A DNA stretch of 43,037 nucleotides from a virus (IMGVR_UViG_3300045988_172905:1-43037); one strand, 5' to 3'; shown: positions 26,660-35,629, counted from the first letter of the stretch. Notes: generated by a model not told the origin, from the sequence alone. A program made the numbers and translations.

Positions 26660-27131
26660 GGTCAATCACCTGAAACCATTGTCAACAACGCCCTGCCAGG
26701 CTTATTTTGACAACCGTTTACAGCTCGCAGACGTGATTGCCCAGGTGTTACAACAAATCGGACCAGCGGCACTCACCATCTCCACCTTCTCTACGAGCGA
26801 TGGTTTCTTGCGCCGATTGCACCGCTTGAAGAATAACGGTTTGGTGACTTCGTGCTCACTCTATGTTGACCTGAAAGCAAGCCGAAAGACTACTCTTATC
26901 GCTGGCTTTATCAAGTCGGTCTGCGATAATGTCTATCTCTGCGAGAACCACAGCAAAGTGGTGCTGCTTCACAATGATCATAATAATGTGACCATTGTGA
27001 CCTCGCAGAATCAGACACAAGGCAACCGCACCGAATGCGGCATCATTACTACTGATTTAGAGATTTATCAATATATCGCTAATGGATTCCTACAACTCAA
27101 AGCTTCTGCACTACCTCTCGACAGGCTTTGA
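26637..27131 (+). CDS. PLD-superfamily (HKD-like) domain protein
   Basis: CENHSKVVLLHNDHNNVTIVTSQNQTQGNRTECGIIT resembles the HxK...D...GS.N...N.E pattern of PLD-type nucleases. The exact start is ambiguous (26637, 26640 or 26646). Confidence 0.55.
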   Translation: MMTMPKREVNHLKPLSTTPCQAYFDNRLQLADVIAQVLQQIGPAALTISTFSTSDGFLRRLHRLKNNGLVTSCSLYVDLKASRKTTLIAGFIKSVCDNVYLCENHSKVVLLHNDHNNVTIVTSQNQTQGNRTECGIITTDLEIYQYIANGFLQLKASALPLDRL

Positions 27132-27138
27132 CCAAGAT

Positions 27139-27402
27139 ATGCTTGGCCGCATCGCTGAACTGGCTGCCGCTCTAACGCCCATCAGCGAGATAGCCGCCCT
27201 GCTTGACATCGATGAGGACATGCTGCGGCTCGCCATCAACGACAAGTCTTCACCGGTGCGAAAGGTGTATTTCAAGGCTAAGGCCGAGACTGCCCACAAA
27301 CTGCGTAAGCAGGAGATTGAACTGGCTGAGGTGGGCTCGCCACTGGCGGTGCAGCTCACCAGTGCTTACCTGCGCGATATGCAAGCTGACGAAGATCTAT
27401 GA
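27139..27402 (+). CDS. Small HTH-like protein, possible small terminase subunit
   Basis: ATG 8 nt after the previous stop (the track start 27082 overlaps by 50 nt). Segment ISEIAALLDIDEDMLRLAI. Sits upstream of TerL. Confidence 0.45.
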   Translation: MLGRIAELAAALTPISEIAALLDIDEDMLRLAINDKSSPVRKVYFKAKAETAHKLRKQEIELAEVGSPLAVQLTSAYLRDMQADEDL

Positions 27403-28019
27403 TACCAGCTATCCTCGATACAGCCAAAGACTACCTTTTTGCTGATGTCAGCAAAATGGAGGCTGCCGGTCTGCCAGCAGTCACGCAACGCCATCTGATC
27501 CGGCTGCGTGACATCTACAACTATTGGCTGAAGTTTCCGCTCACCAAAGACCGTGACTTGGTGGCATACATCCAGCAGGTGTATGAGCTGCAAGCGACGC
27601 AAGCCTACGCCGACCTGCGGTTGGTGAAGGCTCTGTTGGGTGACTTGCAGAAGTCCACCAAGGAATATCACCGCTACCGATTCATCGAGATGGTTAGTGC
27701 TGCCTATGAGATGGCACGCATCAACCGTGATGCTAAGAGTATGGTGGCAGCTGCCGATAAGTATGCCAAATACACCCAGCTCGACAAAGAAGACCTCGTT
27801 GACCGTGGCTTCGATAAGATAATGATCCAGCCGTTTAAGCCGACGGATGACCCGTCGGTGGCTGGCTTCAAACCGGTGCCTAACATCCGCGAGAAGATTC
27901 AGAAGAAGATTGCCTCGTACTGGAACGAGGAAATCGAAGAGGTGGAGTTTGAGGCTGTTGAGTTCAATGAGGATGATATATTCAAACCAAATCCGAAACA
28001 GGATGAAGCAGCCGATTGA
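27399..28019 (+). CDS. Hypothetical protein
   Basis: 206 aa, with ATGA overlap upstream and a 17-nt overlap with the TerL start. Confidence 0.6.
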   Translation: MIPAILDTAKDYLFADVSKMEAAGLPAVTQRHLIRLRDIYNYWLKFPLTKDRDLVAYIQQVYELQATQAYADLRLVKALLGDLQKSTKEYHRYRFIEMVSAAYEMARINRDAKSMVAAADKYAKYTQLDKEDLVDRGFDKIMIQPFKPTDDPSVAGFKPVPNIREKIQKKIASYWNEEIEEVEFEAVEFNEDDIFKPNPKQDEAAD

Positions 28020-29631
28020 ACCACAGCCGTTCTACTTGAACGACATTCAGAACGAGGTTATCTATACCGGCGCAAAGGATACCATCCTCTGCGCCGGACG
28101 TGCATTGGGCAAGGGTGTGGTGCATGCCATGTGGAACTTGCGCAATATGCAGCGCATGCCTGGCAGCATCACCGGCATCGTTTCTCCCAACTGCAAGCGT
28201 GCGCTCACCAACACGCTGCCGTCGATGTTGGTGCATTGGGAGAAATTGGGCTACCTGCGCAACGTGCATTGGTGTATTGGCATCAAGCCTCCTAAAGCTT
28301 GGCATTGGCCCGAGCCTATCTTCCGTCCTGAGAACTATGAGAATGTGCTGTCATTCTACAACGGCAGCATTGGCTTTATCATATCACAGGACCGAAGCGG
28401 CACATCGAACTCTCAGTCTTACGACGCACTCGACATCGACGAAGCTAAGTTCATCGACTTCGAGCAGCTGAAAGACGAGACGTTGCCAGCCAACCGAGGC
28501 AACCGTCAATACTTCGGCAAGCACTACTTCCACCACGGCATGCTGATTACCAGTGATATGCCTGTGACCAAGAAGGGCTCGTGGTTCCTGGAGTATGAAC
28601 ACAAGTGCGACCCTGAACTTATCCAGCTTATTCAAGCCACGGTCTATGAGGTGTGGCGTGTGGAGCAGAAGATTAAAGCCATGATTGCTCAAGGCAAGAC
28701 TATCCCTGCTTGGCTGCGCTCACAACTGCGCACGCTCAATCGTGACCTGTGCCGAATGCGCTCGGTGGCCACCTACTACCGTGAGGCATCGACTATCTAC
28801 AATATGCAGGTGCTGGGAGAGGCATTCATCAACCAGCTGAAGCGTGACCTGCCGCCCTTGACATTCCAGACCTCGGTGCTCTGCAAACGCATCGGCATTG
28901 CTCGTGATGGCTTCTATTCCTCGATGACAGAGAGCAACAAGTACAGTGCCACCAACTTCTCGTACCTCGATAACCTGGAATATCAGTTCGATAAGATCAA
29001 GGAGCCTTCTTCTCTTGCCGATGCTGATGTGGACTTCAACCAGCCGTTGTGTATCGCTTTTGACTACAACGCCAATATCAACTGGCTTGTGGTGGGGCAA
29101 CCTCGCAAGGCGCAACTGCTTATCCTCAAATCTTTCTTTGTGAAGTTCGAGCGCAAACTGCCCGAACTGATTGATGACTTCTGCAAGTACTATCGACTCC
29201 ACAAGCGTCGTGAGGTCGTGTTCTATTATGACAGCACGGCTCTCGGCTCGAACTATGCGGTGAACCGTGAGGATTTCCGTTGGGTCATCATCAACGAGTT
29301 CAAAACTCGCGGCTGGCGGGTGCGTGATGTGTATATAGGTAGACCTATGCACCACATCGAGAAGCAGCTGCTCATCAACCGCATGATGGCTGGCCATGCT
29401 CGCTTGCGCCCGATGTTCAACCGTGAGAACAATGAGGACTTGCTTGTGAGCGTACAGACCGCTGGCGTGTACAATGGCAACAAGGATAAGCGTGGCGAGA
29501 AGCTTGCCGAGACCGAGGAAGACAAACTGGAGGCTCGCACCGATGGAAGCGATGCCTTTGACACGCTATGTATCGGGTGCGAGAAGATGCCGCAGTCCTC
29601 GCACTCGGTGCAGGTGACTTCTTCATTCTGA
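28003..29631 (+). CDS. terL: Terminase large subunit
   Basis: Walker A-like CAGRALGKG, Walker B ALDIDEA, and nuclease-domain acidic motifs IAFDYN and TDGSDAFD. The start is taken at MKQPIEP; the track extension overlaps the previous gene. Confidence 0.9.
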   Translation: MKQPIEPQPFYLNDIQNEVIYTGAKDTILCAGRALGKGVVHAMWNLRNMQRMPGSITGIVSPNCKRALTNTLPSMLVHWEKLGYLRNVHWCIGIKPPKAWHWPEPIFRPENYENVLSFYNGSIGFIISQDRSGTSNSQSYDALDIDEAKFIDFEQLKDETLPANRGNRQYFGKHYFHHGMLITSDMPVTKKGSWFLEYEHKCDPELIQLIQATVYEVWRVEQKIKAMIAQGKTIPAWLRSQLRTLNRDLCRMRSVATYYREASTIYNMQVLGEAFINQLKRDLPPLTFQTSVLCKRIGIARDGFYSSMTESNKYSATNFSYLDNLEYQFDKIKEPSSLADADVDFNQPLCIAFDYNANINWLVVGQPRKAQLLILKSFFVKFERKLPELIDDFCKYYRLHKRREVVFYYDSTALGSNYAVNREDFRWVIINEFKTRGWRVRDVYIGRPMHHIEKQLLINRMMAGHARLRPMFNRENNEDLLVSVQTAGVYNGNKDKRGEKLAETEEDKLEARTDGSDAFDTLCIGCEKMPQSSHSVQVTSSF

Positions 29632-29986
29632 TTGGGGTGGTAATTGACTCACCACGGCACACCGAAAACGCCCATGGGCGCACGGCGAGCGACCGCTGGC
29701 ATATTCCGCCGAACTTAAGGCGGTAAGCGGCTCGGTGGCGTAGGGCAGTGGGGGCAGAACTTTCGTTCTGACCGCAAGTTTGCGGTCAAATTGCGCTCGC
29801 AACACCCTATTTGTTAAGGGTTTTGCTCGCTTGAGTAGCGAAAAGGTTCGCTTTCACCCATCGTGGGTCGCATCTAAAATAGGGTAATACCCTATCCCAG
29901 AAACTTCTACGACCCACGAGATAAACCATTTTCGTGACTCGAAAATGAGAGCGGTGGTAGTCTTTTTATAGACTTCCGCATTGGTT
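29632..29986. ncRNA. GC-rich, hairpin-dense non-coding block between terL and the tape measure gene (candidate structured RNA or cis element)
   Basis: No plus-strand ORF. At least 10 perfect 5-10 bp helices, e.g. 29706-10/29719-23, 29755-60/29765-70, 29770-76/29781-87, 29838-42/29847-51, 29861-70/29910-19 enclosing 29879-84/29890-95, and 29928-34/29940-46. Confidence 0.3.
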
Positions 29987-29994
29987 TAACTTTA
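29987..29994 (+). promoter_or_regulatory. -7-like box TAACTTTA
   Basis: One mismatch to TAnnTTTG, 18 nt upstream of ATG 30012. Confidence 0.4.
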
Positions 29995-30011
29995 CACAAA
30001 AAGCAACGATT

Positions 30012-33000
30012 ATGCCTGATATATCTACAAAAGCAACAGTCGGCATTGAGCTGAACACACAACCTGTGGGGCGCAAGATTGCCGAACTGGAAACGAAACT
30101 CGACAAACTGAACGAAAAAAAACGTCAGTTCGAGGCGGCTGGAGACCAGAAAGGTCTTGTGAAAATCCAAAAGGAGATTAACAAGTTCTCTCGCCAACTT
30201 GACAACGCTCGCACCGCTTCGGAGCGGTGCAAGGCTGCTTTGGCGAAGCTCAACGAGGCATCGCCAAAGGAACTGCGGCACACCCTCAAGCAACTGAAAG
30301 CAGACTTGGACCACATGGAACGTGGTTCATCGGCGTGGAAGGCTCATGTCGAAGCCATCAAGCGTGTGAAAGCCGAAATCAAGAATGTCGATGCCGAGCT
30401 TCGGGAACATGAGGGTCTGCTATCACGACTTAACAGAAAGGTTAATGAGTGGGGCATGAGCATCGCCAGTGCTGCCGCTGCTTTCACCGGCTTGGTGTTC
30501 ACTGCACGCCAAGCGGTGCAAGCCTATGCCGACATGGAGGCCGAGATGGCAAATGTTCGCAAGTTCACCGGCATGACAGAAGAGGATGTCGAAAAACTAA
30601 ACGAGTCGTTCAAGAAGATGGACACTCGCACCAGCCGTGAGGACTTGAACAAACTGGCGCAAGAGGCTGGGCGTTTGGGCTTGCAGAGCCAGGAGGATGT
30701 GCTGGGCTTCGTGACAGCCGCCAACCAAATCAATGTGGCGCTCGATGACTTGGGCGAGGGTGCCACGCTGACGCTCTCGAAACTGACCGACATCTTCGGC
30801 GATAAAGACCGCCTCGGTGTGGAGCAGTCACTGCTCGCCGTGGGCTCGGTCATCAATGAGCTGTCGCAGAACTGTACTGCTTCGGCTCCATACCTCGCAC
30901 AATTCGCTCAGCGTCTCGCCGGTGTGGGCAAGCAGGCGAACATGACAATCCCTGAGATAATGGGCTTCGCTGCCGTGCTCGACTCGCAAGGCCAAGCGGT
31001 GGAGATGAGTGCCACGGCTCTCTCGCAACTTATTATGAAGCTGTTCCAGGATCCTGCCAAAATCGCCAAGGCTACCGGCATGGACCTGCAGGCTTTCAAC
31101 AAGGTGCTGAAAGAGGACACCAACGAGGCTCTGTTGATGCTCCTTCAGCGACTGAATGAGCTTGGCGACATCAGCGCGTTGGCTCCTGTTTTCGATTCGA
31201 TGGGCACCGATGGCGCACGAGCCTCGCAGGTTATTGCCGCTCTCGCTGGCAATGTGGAAATGGTGAAGAAACAGCAGCAAGCCGCCAATGTCGCTTTCAA
31301 ACAGGGTACTTCGGTCACGAAAGAGTACAACGTGCAGAACAACACCGTGCAAGCCGGGCTTGACAAAGCCAAGAAGGGCTTCCACGAGATGGCGGTGGAG
31401 TTGGGGCAGAAACTGGCTCCGGCCATGAAGTACGCCATCACAGGCACAAGTGCTATGATGCATGTGCTGTCGGGGGTCATCTCGTTCATCAGCGACTACG
31501 CTGGTACTATTATCTCTACCGCAATCGCCATCGGTGGTTATACTGTGGCTGTAAACGCAGCCGTTATTGCTGACCAACTGAAAGTGTTCTGGAATAACGT
31601 GCTCATTGGTAGTTTCAAGAAACTATGGGCGGTTATTGCCGCTAATCCCTATGGTGCTCTTGCAGCTGCTATAGGCGTGGTTATCGGTTTGGTCATAGAC
31701 CATAATAGAGGCCTTACTGAGGCTAAAGCCGCTGAGGAGGCTCTTAATGGTGTCCGTGAGCAAGCCCGTAAAAAAATTGTTGACGAACAGACTGAACTTG
31801 AAATCCTCATTGCGGCTGCCAATGACGCCACTCAATCATATAAGAATCAGAAAGCGGCTGTTGACAAACTGAACAAAACCATACCGGGCTTCAACGGTAA
31901 AATTGATGCAACTACCCGCGCCTTCAGCTATTCAAAACGGGCTCTTGATGAATATATCAATAGCCTTATTCGTCTCTATGAAGTGGAGGGTGCCAAGGAA
32001 AAATTCAAGGAACTTGGTAAGGAGCGTGCTGGCTATGTGATTGAGAAAAAACAGTTTGAGAAAGAAATCGCTGATGAGAAGCAACGCCAACGGGAAGAAT
32101 ATTCTCGAATGGCTGGTAATCCTAATTATTCCACATCACAAGGCGGCAGCATGCCAGCTGTTGCCAGTATCTCGATGAGCAATGATGCAACCTTGCGCGG
32201 CCTTGAGGCACGTCTTGATCGCATCAACAACAAACTAAAATACACCGATGCTTCTATGCAAGCCCTCAAAGATGAGTATGGCAAAGACTGGTATGCTCAA
32301 GACCAAGGCAAACCGATAACTCCTACAAGCGATATCCATCCTACTGGCGACCCTGGTGGCGGCCGTGGCAACTCTGACTTCACTCCTTCTGATGAAAAGG
32401 CTGAGCGTAAGGCTGAGGCAGATCGCAAGAAAAAAGAGCGTGAGGCACGTGCAGCGCAGCGCAAAAAAGAGCAAGACGCTGCTAAAGTTAAACGCCTTGC
32501 GGATCGTGTGACTAAACAAGAATACGAGCAAGCTCTTAAAGACACTGTTGAAGACCGCGCAAAGGCAGAAACAGAAGCTTTGCAACTTTACAAAGCCGGT
32601 GAGCTCGGCTACTATGAATATCTCGACCGCATGGCTAATATCGAGGAGGAGTTTTGGAACTCTCGACTCGATACCTATGAGGCTTTTGGCAAGGCTGAAA
32701 GTGATGACTATGCCAAAGATGCTAAAAAACTCGAGGAGGCTAAGACAAAGCATGAGCAGCAGATGACTCAAATCCAAATCACCGCTGCCCAACAACGCCG
32801 TGACCAAGCAAAGCTTGATGCTGAAATGGAGTTTTACAACCCCGATAACAAAGAGGCTTTTCACAACCAACAATGGCTCAACGACCGTCGCGCTAAACTT
32901 GAACTCGACTATCTGCAAGAGGTTATGAAAATCCATAAAGAGGGTTCTAAAGAATGGCTCGACGCAGAAAAGGCCCTTGACAAAGCTGCCAAAGAGGAAG

Positions 33001-34313
33001 AATTGCGCCAACGCAAGCAGATGGAGCAAAACATGTCTGCTTGGCTATACATCTATTCGCAGCAAGGCGCAAAGACTCGGATGGATGCGGAACTGCGCGT
33101 TGCAAAGCAACTCTACGACCAAAAACTGCTCAAAGATGAGGAATATCAGGAAGCTCGTGCTGCAATCGAGAAAAAGTATCGTGACGAGGTGAACTCTAAG
33201 ACCGGCACAAAAGCCAAGAATCAAGATTTCGACGATGCCAAAGGTACCTACGAGCAGCAGATGAAAGCCCTCGAGGATGCACGCAAGCAAGGGCTTATCT
33301 CACAAGAGGACTATGAGTCGCGCAAGTTCCAAATCACGCAGAACTACCACAACAAGGTCGTGGAACTCATCAAAGGTCAAGGCTCGGAGTGGTCAACCAT
33401 GGTCACCACGCTCGTCGAGACTTGGAAGGCTGGCTTCGAGAATCTCGGCAGCACCTTGCCTGAGAAACTCAAAAGCATCGCAGATATGGCTTCGGCGGCA
33501 TTCGCTATAATGAACGAGGGCGTGAAGTCTTACACGGCCTATGCCAACGCCAGCCGTGACCTCGAACTTGCTAAAGTTGAAAAGAATTACAAAGCGCAGA
33601 TTGACGCTGCTGGCAACAATGACAAGAAGAGAAAACAACTTGAAGAACAGAAAGAGAAGGAGATCGCTAAGATTAAGACCAAGTATGATAAACGTGCTAT
33701 GGTCATCGAGATGGCGCAAGCCGTGGCATCGACAGCAATGGCTGCGATTAATGCTTATGCTAGCGCAGCGCAAGTGCCGATGATTGGTTACCTTCTTGCC
33801 CCGATTGCTGCCAGTATGGCTCTCGCGGCTGGTGCCTTGCAAATCGCCACCATCAAGAAGTCGCACCAAGCGCAGCAGATGGGCTACTACGAGGGTGGTT
33901 TCACGAGCCGTGACACCAACAACCGCCGTGAGGCTGGCGTGGTGCATGCCAATGAGTTTGTGGCGAACCATAACGCTGTGTCGAATCCTCAGTTGCTTCC
34001 TGTGCTTCGTCTGATAGACCAAGCGCAGCGCAACAACACAGTGGGTTCGCTCACTCGAGAAGATGTGAGCCGTGCCATCGGGCAAGGTGCTATACTCGGC
34101 GACATGACTGCCAGCCAGCAGCGCACCGCCGAACAGCACGACACGTCGATGGTGATGGTGGCGGCCTCCATGGAGAGGCAGACCGATGCCATCAACGAGC
34201 TTAACGCCCGCCTTGCCGACGGCATTGAGTCGTTCATGGTGATGGACGGTGAGCGTGGCTTCGACCGCTCATGGCAGCACTACCAGCGCATGAAGAACAA
34301 TCCAAAGCGATAG
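30012..34313 (+). CDS. Tail tape measure protein
   Basis: 1433 aa with a TP901-type TMP core (NVRKFTGMTEEDVEKL...LAQEAGRLGLQSQEDVLGFV...LSKLTDIFG), central hydrophobic segments and long Lys/Glu/Ala coiled coils. Confidence 0.9.
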   Translation: MPDISTKATVGIELNTQPVGRKIAELETKLDKLNEKKRQFEAAGDQKGLVKIQKEINKFSRQLDNARTASERCKAALAKLNEASPKELRHTLKQLKADLDHMERGSSAWKAHVEAIKRVKAEIKNVDAELREHEGLLSRLNRKVNEWGMSIASAAAAFTGLVFTARQAVQAYADMEAEMANVRKFTGMTEEDVEKLNESFKKMDTRTSREDLNKLAQEAGRLGLQSQEDVLGFVTAANQINVALDDLGEGATLTLSKLTDIFGDKDRLGVEQSLLAVGSVINELSQNCTASAPYLAQFAQRLAGVGKQANMTIPEIMGFAAVLDSQGQAVEMSATALSQLIMKLFQDPAKIAKATGMDLQAFNKVLKEDTNEALLMLLQRLNELGDISALAPVFDSMGTDGARASQVIAALAGNVEMVKKQQQAANVAFKQGTSVTKEYNVQNNTVQAGLDKAKKGFHEMAVELGQKLAPAMKYAITGTSAMMHVLSGVISFISDYAGTIISTAIAIGGYTVAVNAAVIADQLKVFWNNVLIGSFKKLWAVIAANPYGALAAAIGVVIGLVIDHNRGLTEAKAAEEALNGVREQARKKIVDEQTELEILIAAANDATQSYKNQKAAVDKLNKTIPGFNGKIDATTRAFSYSKRALDEYINSLIRLYEVEGAKEKFKELGKERAGYVIEKKQFEKEIADEKQRQREEYSRMAGNPNYSTSQGGSMPAVASISMSNDATLRGLEARLDRINNKLKYTDASMQALKDEYGKDWYAQDQGKPITPTSDIHPTGDPGGGRGNSDFTPSDEKAERKAEADRKKKEREARAAQRKKEQDAAKVKRLADRVTKQEYEQALKDTVEDRAKAETEALQLYKAGELGYYEYLDRMANIEEEFWNSRLDTYEAFGKAESDDYAKDAKKLEEAKTKHEQQMTQIQITAAQQRRDQAKLDAEMEFYNPDNKEAFHNQQWLNDRRAKLELDYLQEVMKIHKEGSKEWLDAEKALDKAAKEEELRQRKQMEQNMSAWLYIYSQQGAKTRMDAELRVAKQLYDQKLLKDEEYQEARAAIEKKYRDEVNSKTGTKAKNQDFDDAKGTYEQQMKALEDARKQGLISQEDYESRKFQITQNYHNKVVELIKGQGSEWSTMVTTLVETWKAGFENLGSTLPEKLKSIADMASAAFAIMNEGVKSYTAYANASRDLELAKVEKNYKAQIDAAGNNDKKRKQLEEQKEKEIAKIKTKYDKRAMVIEMAQAVASTAMAAINAYASAAQVPMIGYLLAPIAASMALAAGALQIATIKKSHQAQQMGYYEGGFTSRDTNNRREAGVVHANEFVANHNAVSNPQLLPVLRLIDQAQRNNTVGSLTREDVSRAIGQGAILGDMTASQQRTAEQHDTSMVMVAASMERQTDAINELNARLADGIESFMVMDGERGFDRSWQHYQRMKNNPKR

Positions 34314-34368
34314 TTAGGCAATAGTTAAGCAATCCAATATTTTAATTTCATATTTATATAGTAACTTG

Positions 34369-34407
34369 AAGGTGGCGGTGCCAGTGATGGTATCGCCACC
34401 TTTGTTT
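34369..34407 (+). terminator. Intrinsic terminator of the tape measure gene
   Basis: AAGGTGGCG 34369-34377 pairs with CGCCACCTT 34394-34402, followed by TGTTT. Confidence 0.65.
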
Positions 34408-34960
34408 CGCAAAAGCCTCTCGGTGGCTGGTGGGGCATTGTTCGGCTACGGTGGCGGTGAGTGCCGCATACCACCAGCCCATTTCCTCGTTTCAACCATC
34501 GTGCCTCTTACCCTTGTCACATCGTCATAATCATCTTGCAACCGTCAAATGGCGGTTGAACGGACTTGCATCTTAGGACTTGCTCCCCTCTCGCGCTCAC
34601 CCCTTCGACCTTGGCTTGTGGGCTCCCATCAGCGTCACCACCTCTTGGCGATGGCTCGGCACGGTTCTTTCCACTTGCAGTCATCCAAAGGGTTTCGGGT
34701 CGGGCATTCGTCGGTGACGGCACCCGCTGGGCTTGCCGGTTGTCGCCAGAATCGGCACACTGCGTGCCCCTGCTCCTTGCCGCCTGGAGGGGATGGTGCT
34801 GCGGGCTGCCAGATGTGGCATTGTTCAGCGTCGTGTGTGAGTGTGCCATAACAAATTTTGAGAGTAATTTTTTCTTTTACACCGCAAAGTTACGGCTTGG
34901 CTCGATATGCAAGGTCAGGCGCTGTTTCAGTCGAAATCTCCAGCCCTGCGGGTAGTATTT
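34405..34960. ncRNA. GC-rich ~550-bp non-coding island (candidate large structured RNA; strand unresolved, minus favoured by the promoter box)
   Basis: About 61% GC over 34561-34860 by hand count. ORFs are open in three frames but all are protein-unlike. Helices include 34425-33/34471-79, 34539-44/34553-58, 34584-90/34787-93, 34633-39/34713-19, 34754-58/34764-68 and 34807-11/34816-20. Confidence 0.35.
34885..34892 (-). promoter_or_regulatory. -7 box TAACTTTG on the minus strand, pointing into the GC-rich island
   Basis: The plus strand reads CAAAGTTA, so the reverse complement is an exact TAnnTTTG match. An A-rich stretch follows on the minus strand. Confidence 0.45.
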
Positions 34961-35050
34961 AGCCTTGGAAAACCTTGCTGGCAATCTCACTCTTTGCTCG
35001 TCACGAAGCAGTGTAAATAAAAAATTATTCACTCTTAAAATTTCTATGTT

Positions 35051-35623
35051 ATGGTACACATTTCAAACACTTCCGATTTCGAGAACAGTAACAACATCTT
35101 CATGGCTGCTCGCTACACGTACATCCCTACCACCGTTAAGGCTGATGGCAAGGCTTGGGGCATCCGCAAAAAAGTGTGGAAATTCAAAGACGGCGACACC
35201 GCCATCTCATCAGAGGTCGCCCGGTGGGTTAGCACAACACTCGACGAGTCTATGCCTGACCTCGAAAACTGTACCTTCGTCTGCATACCTGCAAGCAGCG
35301 AGGAGAGAACACAGATGCGATACGAACAATTCGCTCAAGAGGTGTGCAAGGCAACGCAGATGGCTAACGCCTACAAGCATATTAAGGTCGAGGGTGAACG
35401 CCTCGCTATCCACGAGCACAAGGTGTGCAAGTCTATCTCTAAGGTGCAGGTCTTGAAGTTCGACCGCCGTTTCTTCAACGGACGCAAGGTGATTATCTTC
35501 GACGATGTGATTACCAAGGGCAAGAGTTTCGCCACCATGGTTGAGTATCTCGAGGAGATGGGCGCAGTGGTGGTGGGCGGCATCTTCCTCGCCGCTACCG
35601 CTTTCCAGCACAACAATGCCTAA
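35051..35623 (+). CDS. ComF-like phosphoribosyltransferase-fold protein
   Basis: PRPP-binding-type motif RKVIIFDDVITKGKSFATMVEYLEEMGA, upstream FVCIPASSEERTQMRYEQFA as in ComF/GntX-type PRTases, and no N-terminal zinc finger. Confidence 0.75.
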   Translation: MVHISNTSDFENSNNIFMAARYTYIPTTVKADGKAWGIRKKVWKFKDGDTAISSEVARWVSTTLDESMPDLENCTFVCIPASSEERTQMRYEQFAQEVCKATQMANAYKHIKVEGERLAIHEHKVCKSISKVQVLKFDRRFFNGRKVIIFDDVITKGKSFATMVEYLEEMGAVVVGGIFLAATAFQHNNA

Positions 35624-35629
35624 CCCACC

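Noticed and set aside
29632-30011. Stop-codon reassignment (TAG or TGA recoding, known in some gut phages) hiding genes in the two non-coding blocks.
   Set aside because: All other genes are intact under the standard code. The blocks contain TAA, TAG and TGA in every plus frame, so no single reassignment opens a convincing ORF.
34426-34478. The E. coli Chi octamer GCTGGTGG (34426-34433) and its complement (34471-34478).
   Set aside because: The two copies are simply the two arms of one hairpin. Chi sequences are lineage-specific, and there is no basis for this octamer acting as Chi in Bacteroidota.
34517-34955. Three overlapping ORFs (100, 129 and 110 aa) inside the GC-rich island, including a minus-strand ORF with a plausible promoter and an A-rich leader.
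   Set aside because: They are open simultaneously in three frames, as expected for stop-poor GC-rich DNA. The translated sequences lack hydrophobic cores or are Cys/Trp/Pro-rich. The minus ORF has very low T at codon position 2. A tiny disordered protein cannot be fully excluded, so this is mentioned under the finding rather than annotated.
34405-35623. A retron or diversity-generating retroelement (non-coding RNA next to a PRTase, near tail genes).
   Set aside because: No ORF in the window has reverse-transcriptase motifs (no YxDD-type box seen). I could find no template/variable repeat pair matching the 3' end of any tail gene.
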